From Octopus vulgaris (taxonomy: Eukaryota), in assembly GCA_951406725.2 (NCBI GenBank), contig OX597830.1:17236001-17300000 (forward strand): 64,000 nucleotides of DNA. Direction: 5' to 3'. Position 1 is the stretch's first letter; every line of letters begins with the position of its first letter. The position numbers and the translations under genes are program-made. This document shows positions 1 to 11,547 of this stretch, one piece after another. The notes below the pieces were generated by a model, which was not told the origin of the DNA, made no database searches, and saw only the letters and a list, made by a program, of their open reading frames with translations.

Positions 1-592
1 AGGACAAACAAGGACAGACAAAGGGATTAAGTCGATTATATCGACCCCAGTGCGTAACTGGTACTTATTTAATCGACCCCGAAAGGATGAAAGGCAAAGT
101 CGACCTCGGCGGAATTTGAACTCAGAACGTAACGGCAGATGAAATACGACTATGCATTTTGCCCGGCGTGCTAACGTTTCTGCCAGCTCGGCACCTGTTA
201 CCAGTTATACCATGACACTCCAGCCTGGCCGGGTACCAGCCATACTGCATCCTTTTGTCTGATATGCTGTGATGAATTATATTTGGTACATTGTGACTGC
301 CTCAACATGTACTCTCTTCACTCTCCTGCCTATTTTTGTTGTATATCTGTTGTTATTTTGTCTCGGGTTAACGTCGATTGTGTACATCTGATCAAACATT
401 ATCCTGCCCTTTTTGAAGATGGTAGTGTGTGATTTGAGAGATTTGGTTGCTATATCTGTTAGATGACTAGATTCCGGTAGTGATAACAACAATAGAAGAC
501 AAAGTTGGATTCCATCAAAATGCAACAGCTGCTGCTTCTCTTCACTTACATGCACAGTTTCGATGGAATCTATACACAAATGGATTACATAT

Positions 593-1000
593 ACTCTCTC
601 TTTACTCTTTTACTCATTTCAGTCATTTGACTGCGGCCATGCTGGAGCACCGCCTTTAATCAAGCAACTCGACCCCGGGACTTATTCTTTGTAAGCCCAG
701 TCTCTTTTTGCCGAACCGCTAAGTGACGGGGACATAAACACACCAGCGTCGGTTGTCAAGCAATGCTAGGGGGACAAACCCAGACAGACAAACACACACA
801 CATACATATATATATATATGTATATATACATATATACGACGGGCTTCTTTCCGTTTCCGTCTACCAAGTCCACTCACAAGGCTTTGGTCGGCCCGAGACT
901 ATAGTAGAAGACACTTGCCCAAGGTGGCGCGTAGTGGGACTGAACCCGGAACCATGTGGTTGGTAAACAAGCTACTTACCACACAGCCACTCCTGTGCCT
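593..1000 (-). mobile_element. tRNA-derived SINE, family A (internal TA/CA microsatellite)
   Basis: Head ggcgcaggagtggctgtgtggtaag...gggttcagtccc with Pol III A/B-box-like motifs; tail gactgaaacaagtaaaagag. Other copies near 4843-5285(+), 7441-7841(-), 17521-17800(+, truncated), 21948-22312(+), 24787-25103(-), 33498-33985(-), 50369-50760(-), 53549-53950(+), 60143-60508(-). Confidence 0.85.
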
Positions 1001-1789
1001 ATTATTTATATATATATTTATTTGGAGTGAATGAGACTGTGGTATACTGTCTCTGTGGCTTAATTCTTCATTTTATACAGATCAGGATAGCATTATCCAT
1101 AAGTGGACCTAACTTATCTTAACTGTTGTAATATTTACATGAATATGGTGTAATTTTACAATATTAGAATATTGGTCATCTACCTTTCACTTATTTCTAT
1201 ATATGTCTGTCTCTGTGTCTATACATACATATATACACACATACATACATACATATACGTGTATATATATATATATATATTGGTAAAAACGGTAAGATAA
1301 CAAAAGAAAGAAAGAGACCTCAATATTATGTGGCCAGATAACCAAAGAGATGGTGTTGTGGATTTCCACCTCGGCATCCGAAACTCAGAGTTTTATCTTG
1401 GCTACCGAATAATTGTCACATATTATTTTACAGATATATATATATATATATATATATATACGCATACACCCACACATATATACATGAATACTAAAATGCT
1501 GTGATAGTATTTCTAGATAAGCTTATAAATAAATTTTACATGTCCATGAAGAATAATTCAGGTAGATTTGCTGGTCAGTATCTCTTCTGTAGATCAGCTG
1601 AAGAGTCCTGACGAGTCAGTAATGACTAGTGAAACTGGTTGTGTGAGTTGATCATCACATTCCAAAGAGAGAGAGAGAGAGAGAACCTTCTGTTTAACCA
1701 CTGGTTCTATTTTAATTACACAGCAGTGCTAAATGGAGGTTTATTGAAATAAACATACAAACAAATTTATTTACAAGACATACATATAT

Positions 1790-2021
1790 TTCTTTACTGC
1801 CCACAAGGGGCTAAACATAGAGGGGACAAACAAGGACAGACGAAGGGATTGAGTCGATTATATCACCCACCCCAGTGCGAAACTGGTACTTTATTTATCG
1901 ACCCCGAAAGGATGAAAGGCAAAGTTGACCTCGGCGGAATTTGAACTCAGAACGTAACGACAGACGAAATACCGCTAAGTATTTCGCCCGGCGCGCTAAC
2001 GTGTCTGCCAGCTCGCCACCT
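1790..2021 (-). mobile_element. tRNA-derived SINE, family B (about 230 bp)
   Basis: Head ggcggcgagctggcagaaacgttagc...gagttcaaattcc, body gcctttcatcctttcggggtcgataa, tail gtaaagaaata. Other copies near 1-192, 16375-16600, 17978-18208, 19700-19935, 20236-20463, 48780-49009, 55856-56072. Confidence 0.85.
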
Positions 2022-5013
2022 TCTACAAGACATACATATGCGCACACACTCCCACATGCACACACAATTGTTTTATCGTCCACTTTTCCATGCTTGCATG
2101 AGTTGGATAGTTTATTGAGGAAGATTTTCTTAGGCCAGATGTCTTTCTTGGTGCCAAGAAGGAAATGCTGCCTTTTTCCGCTTTGTCTCATCTGTTTTTC
2201 TCATAAAATCTATCTCAAACTGTTTTGTCCTGTGTGTTTTTCCTTTGTTAATATATAATACAGTATAATTTTAGCCTCTTCTGTTGCTGTGGTTTGACCC
2301 CTATCTCATCCCAAATTGAGCTAGGGCTAGCTATGACCATCCCATCTTTTATTCAGACATAGTGTATTTGGCATTAAATTGTGAAATGTGTCTTCCCTTT
2401 TTTTTAAGTTTGAGACACCCTTCGGTCATGACACAGACCATGGGATTGCACCTAGAAAGTCACCCTCCCAGGCACAAGTCTGGGCAAGGTTGTTTATGGA
2501 AGACCAGCAGTTGCCCATGCATACCAGCCTCCCCTCTCCATGCTACCAGTGTTATCCAAGGGAAAGGCAACGGCCAATACAGCTTGGCACCTGTGACGTC
2601 GCAATTCATTTCTACAGCTGAGTGAACTGGAGCAACATGAAATAAAGTGTCTTGCTCAAGAACACAACACGCAGCCCGGTCCGGGATTCGAGCTCGCAAC
2701 CTCACGATAGTAAGCTCGATGCTCTAACCACTGAGCCATGCACCTTCACAACCATGCCTTCACACAGCCATGCGCCTTTTTTTCAGTAGTAGGATATTAT
2801 TTGAAGGAGATTTGGTTGCTATTTCTAGCTGATACAGAAACTATGCATGAGCTTCCTCGTTGGCTCAGTAATTTGAAGAATTAGCAGTTTGTATCCAAAG
2901 TAGCAGGATACGACTAAATGGCCCAGTCCACCTGGCTGAAAACAGGTATAGCAGGGTAGTAGGAATATTCGAAGCAGTGTGACCACTGTTTATTTGACAC
3001 ATAAAATGATTCACTAGTTTGCTCTGCATGAGTTCACTTCTCAAATTAACTTCCAACCAGAGCCATCCTGTCATCCTGAACACATTAACCATCAGCCTGT
3101 TACTGGAACATAACCAGCGATGCTATATATTTCCAGTCACTTTGCATACCATTTAATTTACAATGAAATGTAATTTGTTAGCATTTTTTACAGTATTTCA
3201 TAATTAATCTATTATATAAAATCTGTTTTGTCTGTCTGTGTGTGTGTGTGTCTTCTAGGATCTCAGGCATCCTCCATTCGATTGCGCTCAAATTTGATAT
3301 GTAGATACCGACGGTATCAGGGCGTGAATAAGTCTTGAAAAAATTACAAAAATCAATTCCAGGTGAAAATGCGATCGATAAAGCATTCTTTGGAATAGAA
3401 AAAAAGTCTATCTTTATTTCTTCTTTTGCTGGTGTCTCAAATTTAGATTAAATCAGTGTTTCTCAAAGGGGAGGCCTATGGGACGGTCAGACAAGTTGTT
3501 TTGAGAAAATTTGGTTTAAATGTTTGACAACTCAGCGCCGTCCATTGGCGGAGGGGCATTTTGCTCGTCTTTAATATTTAGCACCCATGTTATATAAATA
3601 TCCTTGAAACCATGTAAACCATGTCAAAGGTACAGAATAAAATATTTTCTCAAATTATGAAAATGTATCACGGGTGGTGCATATGGTGGTTGTGTGAAGT
3701 TTAAGATGAATCACTGGTCGTAGATGTGGTGCTCATATGTTGATTTAGTTTCTGTTGAGTGCAAAATTTGGTTCTAGAATAGTAATGTTTAATAGACAGA
3801 CTAAATCTTCTATTGTTAGTCATCCAGCACAGATATTCAGCACCAGTTGGGTAGCTTTTTTAACTATGACAAATTCCGCCATGATGATGATGATGATAAT
3901 CATCACCATCATTTAACATCTGTTTTCCATGCTGGCATGGGTCGGACAGTTTGACTGAAAACTGGTAAACTGCAGAGCTGCACCTGATTTGGTATGGTTT
4001 CTACAGCTGGACGCCCTTCCTAATGCCAACCACTCCAAGGGGGTGCTTTTTATGTGCCACCTGCACAGGTGCCAGTTATAAAATACTGGCATTGGCCATG
4101 ATTACAATCTCACTTGGCTTCACAGGTCTTCTAATTCTAGCATATGTTGACAGAAATATGGTAAGAAAAGGGTTAAAACAGGAGGTTTGTATCAAAGAAC
4201 TAGGGGGCAGTTTCAGGCCGGTTGGCTTCAAAAGGGTTAAAATACACACCCTTATGTGTAAAAATGTAGAGGCATTGTATTTTCTCAGATTTAAAAAAAG
4301 AAACAAAAAAACCCATTGTTGGGTGCGTAAGTTTGCAAGGAATAGCTAAGAACTTTTTACATATTTGAGTGGTCTTTCTGTTATTTACTAAGTGTTCTGG
4401 TCAGTTAGATCTCAACAGAACAATGGTAGATTGCCCATGATAATACTTTGACCTGAGGAGTCGGTCAATGTAACACTACTGTTGATGATTATCATCATCA
4501 GCTTCATAATAATGTCATTTCCTTCCTATGAAACCATAAATTTGTACAGTACAACAGTACAAATAGTACAAACTCCAGCTACTACTATCCCACATTCTGA
4601 CATTTTGAATATGATCTTTATAATTTGAAAGGTTTAGCAGTGCACTTTGTTGTTTGTTAATGCAAAAGCATATTTCTCTGTAACCACAAAGGACTCTGGC
4701 CTTTTTGTCTTCACTGCATTTAGTGAGCAAATCGTAACAGGCCTTTGTTTTAAGCTCAATTTGTCCAAGGTCCATCAATTTATTTAATCTCAAACCTTCT
4801 TTTGATTATTTCTGTTGTGATTAACTTCTATATTTAGCTAATAGGTGCAGGAGTGGCTGCTATGTGGTAAGTAGTTTGTTTACCATCCACATGGTTCTGG
4901 GTTCAGTCCCACTTCGCACCACCTTGGGCAAGTGTCTTCTACTATAGCCTTGGGCTGACCAAAGCCTTGTGAGTGGATTTGGTAGACAGAAACTGAAAAA
5001 AAAGCCCGTCGTA

Positions 5014-5076
<63 letters not shown>

Positions 5077-5748
5077 TTGTGTGTCTGTGTTTGCCCCGCC
5101 TCCCACATGGCTTGACAACCGATGCTGGTGTGTTTACGTCCCTGTAACTTAGCAGTTCGGCAAATGAGAAGAGACGGATAGAATAAGTACTAGGCTTACA
5201 AAGAATAAGTCCTGGGTTCGATTTGCTCGACTAAAGGCAGTGCTCCAGCATGGCCGCAGTAAAGTGACTGAAACAAGTAAAAGCGTAATATATTCTCATA
5301 ATAATGAGGTAAAAATTGTTATTGTTTAGTCCCAATTCAACCCTGATTGAGCTGATCTCTGATGAAAGGCATTCCATCTATGGCCATCCTGTTTTTTCAG
5401 AGATCTCTGGGATTATGTTATTTAAGGCATCCTTGCCAGTTTTTAATGGTAAGGTGTGATTTGAAGAAAATTTGGCTACTATTTTTAGCAGGTTTTGTGA
5501 CAACAAGTAGCAAAGGAAGTTAGGACCAGTGTGATTGCAACACATAGCTACAGATGGTTAAAGAAATTGAATAATCCTGTTTGATTAATCCTTCACACCA
5601 GAGAAAGAACATCGAAACATCTCCCCCGATCTACTCATCATATCTTCTCTTATGCCCACCTTGTACTTTGAGAGTTTGTTTTGCCCCCACCCTCCTTACT
5701 AATATCTTTATTTTCATTCTATTCCTAGTTATTACTACTCACCCTTAA

Positions 5749-6141
5749 CCCTTTAGCGTTCTTATTATTCCTTCTGAAGTAATGTTTATTGAGCGAGGTC
5801 ATTGCCAGTACCGCCTGACTGGCCCCCGTGCAGGTGGCACGTAAAAAAGCACCCACTACACTCTCGGAGTTGTTGGCGTTAGGAAGGGCATCCAGCTGTA
5901 GAAACTCTGCCAGATCAAGACTGGAGCCTGGTGCAGCCATCTGGTTGCCAGCCTTCAGTCAAAACCGTCCAACCCATGCTAGCATGGAAAACGGACGTTA
6001 AATGATGATGATGGTGATTGTTTTGAATTAATCCTGCATTATCTTGTGGCTTTGAGATTTTGATGAGGTAACTTAATTTTTAGAACGATATTGTAGGGTT
6101 GGTGTGAGAGGCCAGATCTGGCCAGTTTAAATGCTAAAGGG
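5749..6141. mobile_element. piggyBac-type MITE with nested SINE
   Basis: TTAA|ccctttagcgtt ... aatgctaaaggg|TTAT; similar to the copy at 13476-13696. Confidence 0.6.
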
Positions 6142-7356
6142 TTATATAAACAGTTTGGTAGTTATGTATTTCCACTATAGTAAGACACCTGTGCTTGTCC
6201 CTCTATCGTACTCGAAAAATGGATGTGAAGCAAACACTTGGATGTGAGTTAGAGGACACTTAGCTGCTATTTTTAGCAAGTCATGCAGTGTGTTGGTAAA
6301 AGTTAGAGAGAAGCACCAGACTTTACAATACTTATTCTTCTCACTCTTTTCTCAGATTTTTGTTTCATTCATGGGTTGGTTCAGTTATCTATGCTTGTAT
6401 CCCTGTTTCCTCCTTTGTTCTGAGCATCGCCTTGTAATTTGTGTTATACCCATCACATTGATGAATGATGCAAACATATTTAGGAAGTCAGTAAGGTTGG
6501 AAATTAATACTCTGCAAACCAGCCATAAACTGTGGCCTTTGGGACTTCCTGGATGGCATGTTTAACAAAAAATTACCATGGATTTTTTGTAGTGTTGCCT
6601 GGTTGCCTTTGTCTGGTGTAGACAGTGATTACACAAAAGATACAATGCAGCCTTTGGCAGATTGTCAGAGAATCAGGTCCTCAGATGGCTCACTAATCAT
6701 TCCCGTAGCTCACCACTTTTAAAAGTAAGAATATGAAGTTCAATATTTGTAGTAAAGAAAGTGGCGTGCTGGAAGACTCAGTACCACCTTTCTTCCAGCT
6801 CTTTACGTCCTCAGTTCAAATACTGCCGTGGTCTATTTTAACTTTTCCTCCTTTCAGAGTCGATAAAATAAATGTGGCACCATTCACATCTGAGTACCCC
6901 TGAAACGAAGCCCATGAAATGCTCAGAGACTTTACCAGATAATCTAAAAAATAGTTACCTTGGTCAGAGCTCCTCAGACTGAGCTGCATGAGAAAAATGA
7001 CACCTTGAAATAAGTGTCTATTTAGATTTGGATTTCCCTGTGTTCAGTCCACTGCAGGATGAGGGCCTTGGCAGGTCCTCTCCATCAATTACAGTCTGAT
7101 GTGAAGGCTGTGAATTTGAGCTTGAGATTATACTGGTTTGATGAGCCTACTGTCACACTGGCTCAATATGGCTTGGTAGAGCAATGCAATTTTTATACTC
7201 ATACCCAGGAATAAAGTACTTAGGCATAATTCATCTAGGGCTGCATTGTCCATTTTAACTTTTTTTTCGGACGGTAGGGTGTGATTTGAGGGAGATTTGA
7301 TTGCTATCTCTTGCAAGTTGAGCGACCATGTAGAATAAACATTGGTTCACATAGAG

Positions 7357-8023
7357 CAGTGGTTCTCAACCATTTTTTGTCTATGGACACCTTTGATTCA
7401 TATTTTATTCATGAAGGGTCCCTCATACCCATTCAATATCTCTCTTTACTCATTTACTTGTTTCAGTCATTTGACTGCAGCTATGCTGGAGCACTGCCTT
7501 TAGTCAAGTAAATCAACCCCAGGACTTATTCTTTGTAAGCCTAATACTTATTCTATCACTCTCTTTTGGTGAACCGCTAAGTTACGGGGACATGAACACA
7601 CCAGCATCGGTTGTCAAGTGATGTTGGGAGAACAAACACAGACACACAAACACACATATTTATATATACATATACAGGATAGACTTCTTTCAGTTTCTGT
7701 CTACCAAATCCACTCACAAGGCTTTGGTCGGCCCGACGCTGTAGTAGAAGACACTTGCCCAAAGTACCACGCAGTGGGTCTGAACCCAGAACCATGTGGT
7801 TGGTAAGCAAGCTACTTACCACACAGCCACTCCTGCGCCTAAAACTCTAAAAACTCCTATTGTATTTTTATGATTAGATATTACTAGGAATTGCATTAAA
7901 AAATGTTTGAATATTTTGTGTATCATAGAAATATAAGCAGTTTATTGCACATAAATTTTATCAGCAAAATCTTATGTGGACCCCTCCCCCAAGGGTCACA
8001 TGGACCCCTATTGAGAACCATTG
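7357..8023. mobile_element. hAT-type MITE interrupted by SINE A
   Basis: TIRs cagtggttctcaa / ttgagaaccattg; 8-bp TSD acatagag/atatagag. Confidence 0.7.
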
Positions 8024-9242
8024 ATATAGAGTAAGAAAGGTGTGGAACAAATAGTCTTCTAGTATAGTATAGCTCTGGGTTGACCAGTGCTTTGTGAGTG
8101 AATAAGTGTGTTGCACATAAATGTGTATATCTTTGTGTTTATATCCCCACAGCTCAGTGACTGGTGTTGGTTTGTTTACGTATCCCTAATTTAGCAGTTC
8201 AGCAAAAGAGACCAATAGAATAAGGTCCAGACTTCATAAAATAAATAAAAGAATGTAAAAGCCAAAATTCTGTCAATGGGTTTGATATTATTCTTTTTTA
8301 TCATTCTTAGAATTGATAAAATAAGTACAATTTTACGGTGGCACGTAAAAAGCACCATCCGATTGTGGCCGTTGTCAGCTTCGTCTGGCCTCCGTTGCCG
8401 GTGGCACGTTAAAAGCACCATCCGATCGTGGCAATTTGCCAGCCTTGTCTGGCACCTGTGCCGGTGGTGCGTAAAAAGCACCCACTACACTCACGGAGTG
8501 GTTGGCGTTAGGAAGGGCATCCAGCTGTAGAAACACTGCCAGATCAGACTGGGCCTGGTGCAGCCCTCTGGCTTCCCAGACCCCAGTTGAACCGTCCAAC
8601 CCATGCTAGCATGGAAAGCGGACGTTAAACGATGATGATGATGATGAATTATTATACTGGAGTTGGTTTATTCAATCAATTACTATACATCTCCTTTTCA
8701 ATGATTGGATCTGTAAGGAAGCATATGTTTTGTCTTCAAACTATGGTGGTGGGGGGAGCTAATAGGGGTAGTTAGTGCTTGTTTCCAGATCCTGGTGTGT
8801 TGCGATTTTGTGCAACAAATCATTTCCCATGTAAATATTGCCATTTGTTTAATGGCAATATTTTCAGAAAAGCTAATTGGTATTTATTCATTCTTAATAC
8901 ATTCTGGTAGATTTCATCATCATCATCATTGTCGTTTAGTGTCCGCTTTCCATGCTGGCATGGGTTGGACGGTTCAACTGGGATCCAGGAAGCCAGAAGG
9001 CTGCACCAGGCCCAGTATGATCTGGCAATGTTTGTACAGCTGGATGCCCTTCTTAACACCAACCACTCCGTGAGTGTAGTGGGTGCTTTTACATGCCAGA
9101 TGAGGCTGGCAAACGGCCACGATCGGATGATGCTTTTTACATGCCACCGGCATGGGGGCCAGGCGAGGCTGGCAACGACCACGATTGGATGGTGCTTCTG
9201 ATTGCTGTTGTTTTTCATCATCAGAGAACATCTCTTTTTAGA

Positions 9243-9685
9243 TGACCCATTCTGCTGGGTTGGCCATGTGATTTGGATGCTAGGTGACCAGCTCCCAAAG
9301 GTGATCCTCTTCAGTGAAGTCGAAACTGGAAGTAGGCCTTATAGATGTCCAAAATTTCATTTTCACAATCATCTCAAGAAGTCTCTCATTTTATCTAGTG
9401 TCCCTCTGAATCAGTTGGAACCCTTGGCTGTTAATCAGAAGGCATGGAAGTCTGCGTGTGATGCTGGAGTAAGAGCACTTTGAAACTGAACACCTGCATG
9501 AAGAGAGTAGTAGTTGTTGTCATTAACCCCCTGCAGCTGTTGTTCAGGGTCACCTTCAGTCTCCTCAGTGCCACAGGATCTACCTATGTTATATTGGTCT
9601 TGTCAGCCATGTCTGCTCTCATGAGAAACAGTGTGCTGGGTGGGGGCATCAACTTTGATGGGTTGTCATAAGCAAGTAAGCAGTC
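9243..9685 (+). mobile_element. RTE-clade LINE 3' remnant
   Basis: [33 protein letters not shown]...LAVNQKAWK resembles the RTE C-terminus (WxGHVxRM...LPK...GxRxxGRPK). Followed by a CHR...GLVSH zinc-finger remnant and a taagcaagtaag tail. Confidence 0.75.
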
Positions 9686-9717
9686 ATAAACATACTTGAC
9701 TCACCAGTGTAAGAGGA

Positions 9718-9764
9718 CTTTGAGACACCAGTGTTTTGACCTTATTGTGTCTCCTCAGTCAAAG
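9718..9764 (-). ncRNA. Type I hammerhead ribozyme-like motif (G12 decayed to A)
   Basis: Minus strand reads CUUUGA CUGAGGA GAC acaauaag GUC AAA ACAC ug GUGU C UCAAAG: all three stems and a GUC triplet are present. Confidence 0.6.
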
Positions 9765-10448
9765 CTATCTTGCTGGACTGATGAATTGTAACAAAAATAC
9801 AGGCTCTTTTGTATAGAAACCAGCAAATAAATTATTCCCTAATGTCTGCCAAACTGATAATAATTCATCGGCTGAATGCAGAAACAGCAAGAATCCAAGC
9901 AATAACCTACCTAGTCACTCTCAATACTTTCTGGCAGGTTCACACTTGAATACCTGTTCACTGTTGTTTATCATCATCGGAGAGCATCTCCTCCTTTTAG
10001 ACAGCATCTGTTCATGAATGATCGTTATGCTTATTCCTCACAGTTTTGTAAACTGAGGTGAGAAGTTAGGTACTTTGCACAAACCATCTGCTGCAGATAT
10101 CCAGGTTCATGCGGTTATTGTCCAGTGCATTATTGATTTGGCATCATATCTTAAATCTATGTTGTGCAGTTGTTAACTAAGTTTTTCTTATCTTGGAGGT
10201 GTTTTTTGTTGTTGTTGTTGTGGTAGTGGTGTGTTTCTTGATGGGTGGTAGGGGGGGGAATGTGTCACTATAGATATCTACCGGTCCTCTTGTTAGTGCA
10301 CTTAATCCTGCTTGTTGTAATCCATCTGGACGTTTGAGGGATAAGTACTAAGATCTTAATGGAATGTTTAGCTGACATAGACAGGTATCGTATCTAGGTG
10401 GGGATTCATCTCACATTTATGTAATGTTGCTGAATTTGGAGTTAAGCA

Positions 10449-10775
10449 CCTCCTCCTCCCCTTCATCCTCCTCATCTTCATCCTCCTCATCTTCATCCTC
10501 TTCTTCTTCCTCCTCATCTTCATTCTCCTCTTCCTCCTCATCTTCATTCTCCTCTTCCTCCTCACCTTCATCCTCCTCATCTTCATCCTCTTCCTCCTCC
10601 TCTTCATCCCCTTCATCCTCCTCATCTTCATCCTCTTCCCCTCCTCTTCATCTTCCTCCCCTCCACTTCATTTTCCCCTCTTCATCTTTTTCGTCATCCT
10701 CCTCTTCCTCCCCTCCTGTTCCTCCTCCTCCTGTTCCTCCTCCTCCTGTTCCCTCCTCCTCCCCTCCTCCTCCTT
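10449..10775. repeat. (TCC/TCA/TCT)n pyrimidine-rich simple repeat
   Basis: Direct reading; explains the poly-Ser ORF. Confidence 0.9.
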
Positions 10776-11266
10776 TAATGTCCATTTTCCATGCTACTGG
10801 CATGGGTTGGACAAGTTGAGCAGAGCAGGCAAGCCGGAGAGCTGCACCAGGTTCCAGTCAGATTTGGCTTGGTTTCCACAGCTGGATGCCCTTCCTAATG
10901 CCAACCTCTTTACAGTGTGTGCTAAGTGCCTTTAACACGGCACTGGCATGAGTGCTTTTATGTGGCACCGGCACAGGACTCTTGCTAGCATATTCTCTTC
11001 ACCAGGGGGGAACGGCTTTAAGACTATTGCTGTGGAGAATGGGTCTTCTTGACTACAGCAAGGCATCAGGTATCTCAGTCCTTTGTCATCTCATCTGAAA
11101 GGTTCTGCATCCTAAGGTTGTCATTCAGCACATTGTCATTTATGTTTTCAATTAGTTTGTTATCATTCGGGAAGTAGGGAAGGAAACTCTCCAGTATAAC
11201 ATGGAAGCTCAGTTTTTTAAATCCTTCATTTTTTCCTTTTTTCTTTTTCTTTCTCTTAGGCTAAAC

Positions 11267-11547
11267 ATGAAAGGTCTTGAAAGTCCTGTGAAGAAACGTG
11301 CTCGCTTGTCATTAAAAAGACGGGAGCCAGCGTCCGAGAAGATATCTCCACCATTACTGACGAACTTGAGCGGTGGCAAATGCAAAGCTTCTGTTGATTC
11401 CACCAATTGTCCTGCCGCCTCAGCTACGCAGTCTGACGGCATCGACAATGTTGTTACTACAAGCACTGCCCATGCCGTGGCTTCAATGGTCACGTCACTG
11501 CCTCGGAACTCATCGATGACCAACGCATCCGAAGCAGAGAATTCTTG
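11267..11547 (+). CDS. USP1: USP1 coding exon 1 (N-terminus, basic NLS-like motif)
   Basis: Polypyrimidine tract with AG at 11258-11259, so an upstream UTR exon exists but was not located. ATG at 11267, [19 protein letters not shown]; donor GTAAGT at 11548 (phase 2). Confidence 0.8.

Noticed and set aside
4515-4793. 92-aa minus-strand ORF in apparently unique sequence
   Set aside because: No recognisable motif, no convincing splice sites and no partner exons.
10368-10819. Poly-Ser and Arg/Met-rich ORFs
   Set aside because: Translations of a (TCC)n-type simple repeat with no splice-compatible link to the gene.
1-11259. Promoter and 5' UTR exon(s) of USP1
   Set aside because: An acceptor precedes the ATG, but no upstream exon or promoter can be supported; it may lie outside the window.
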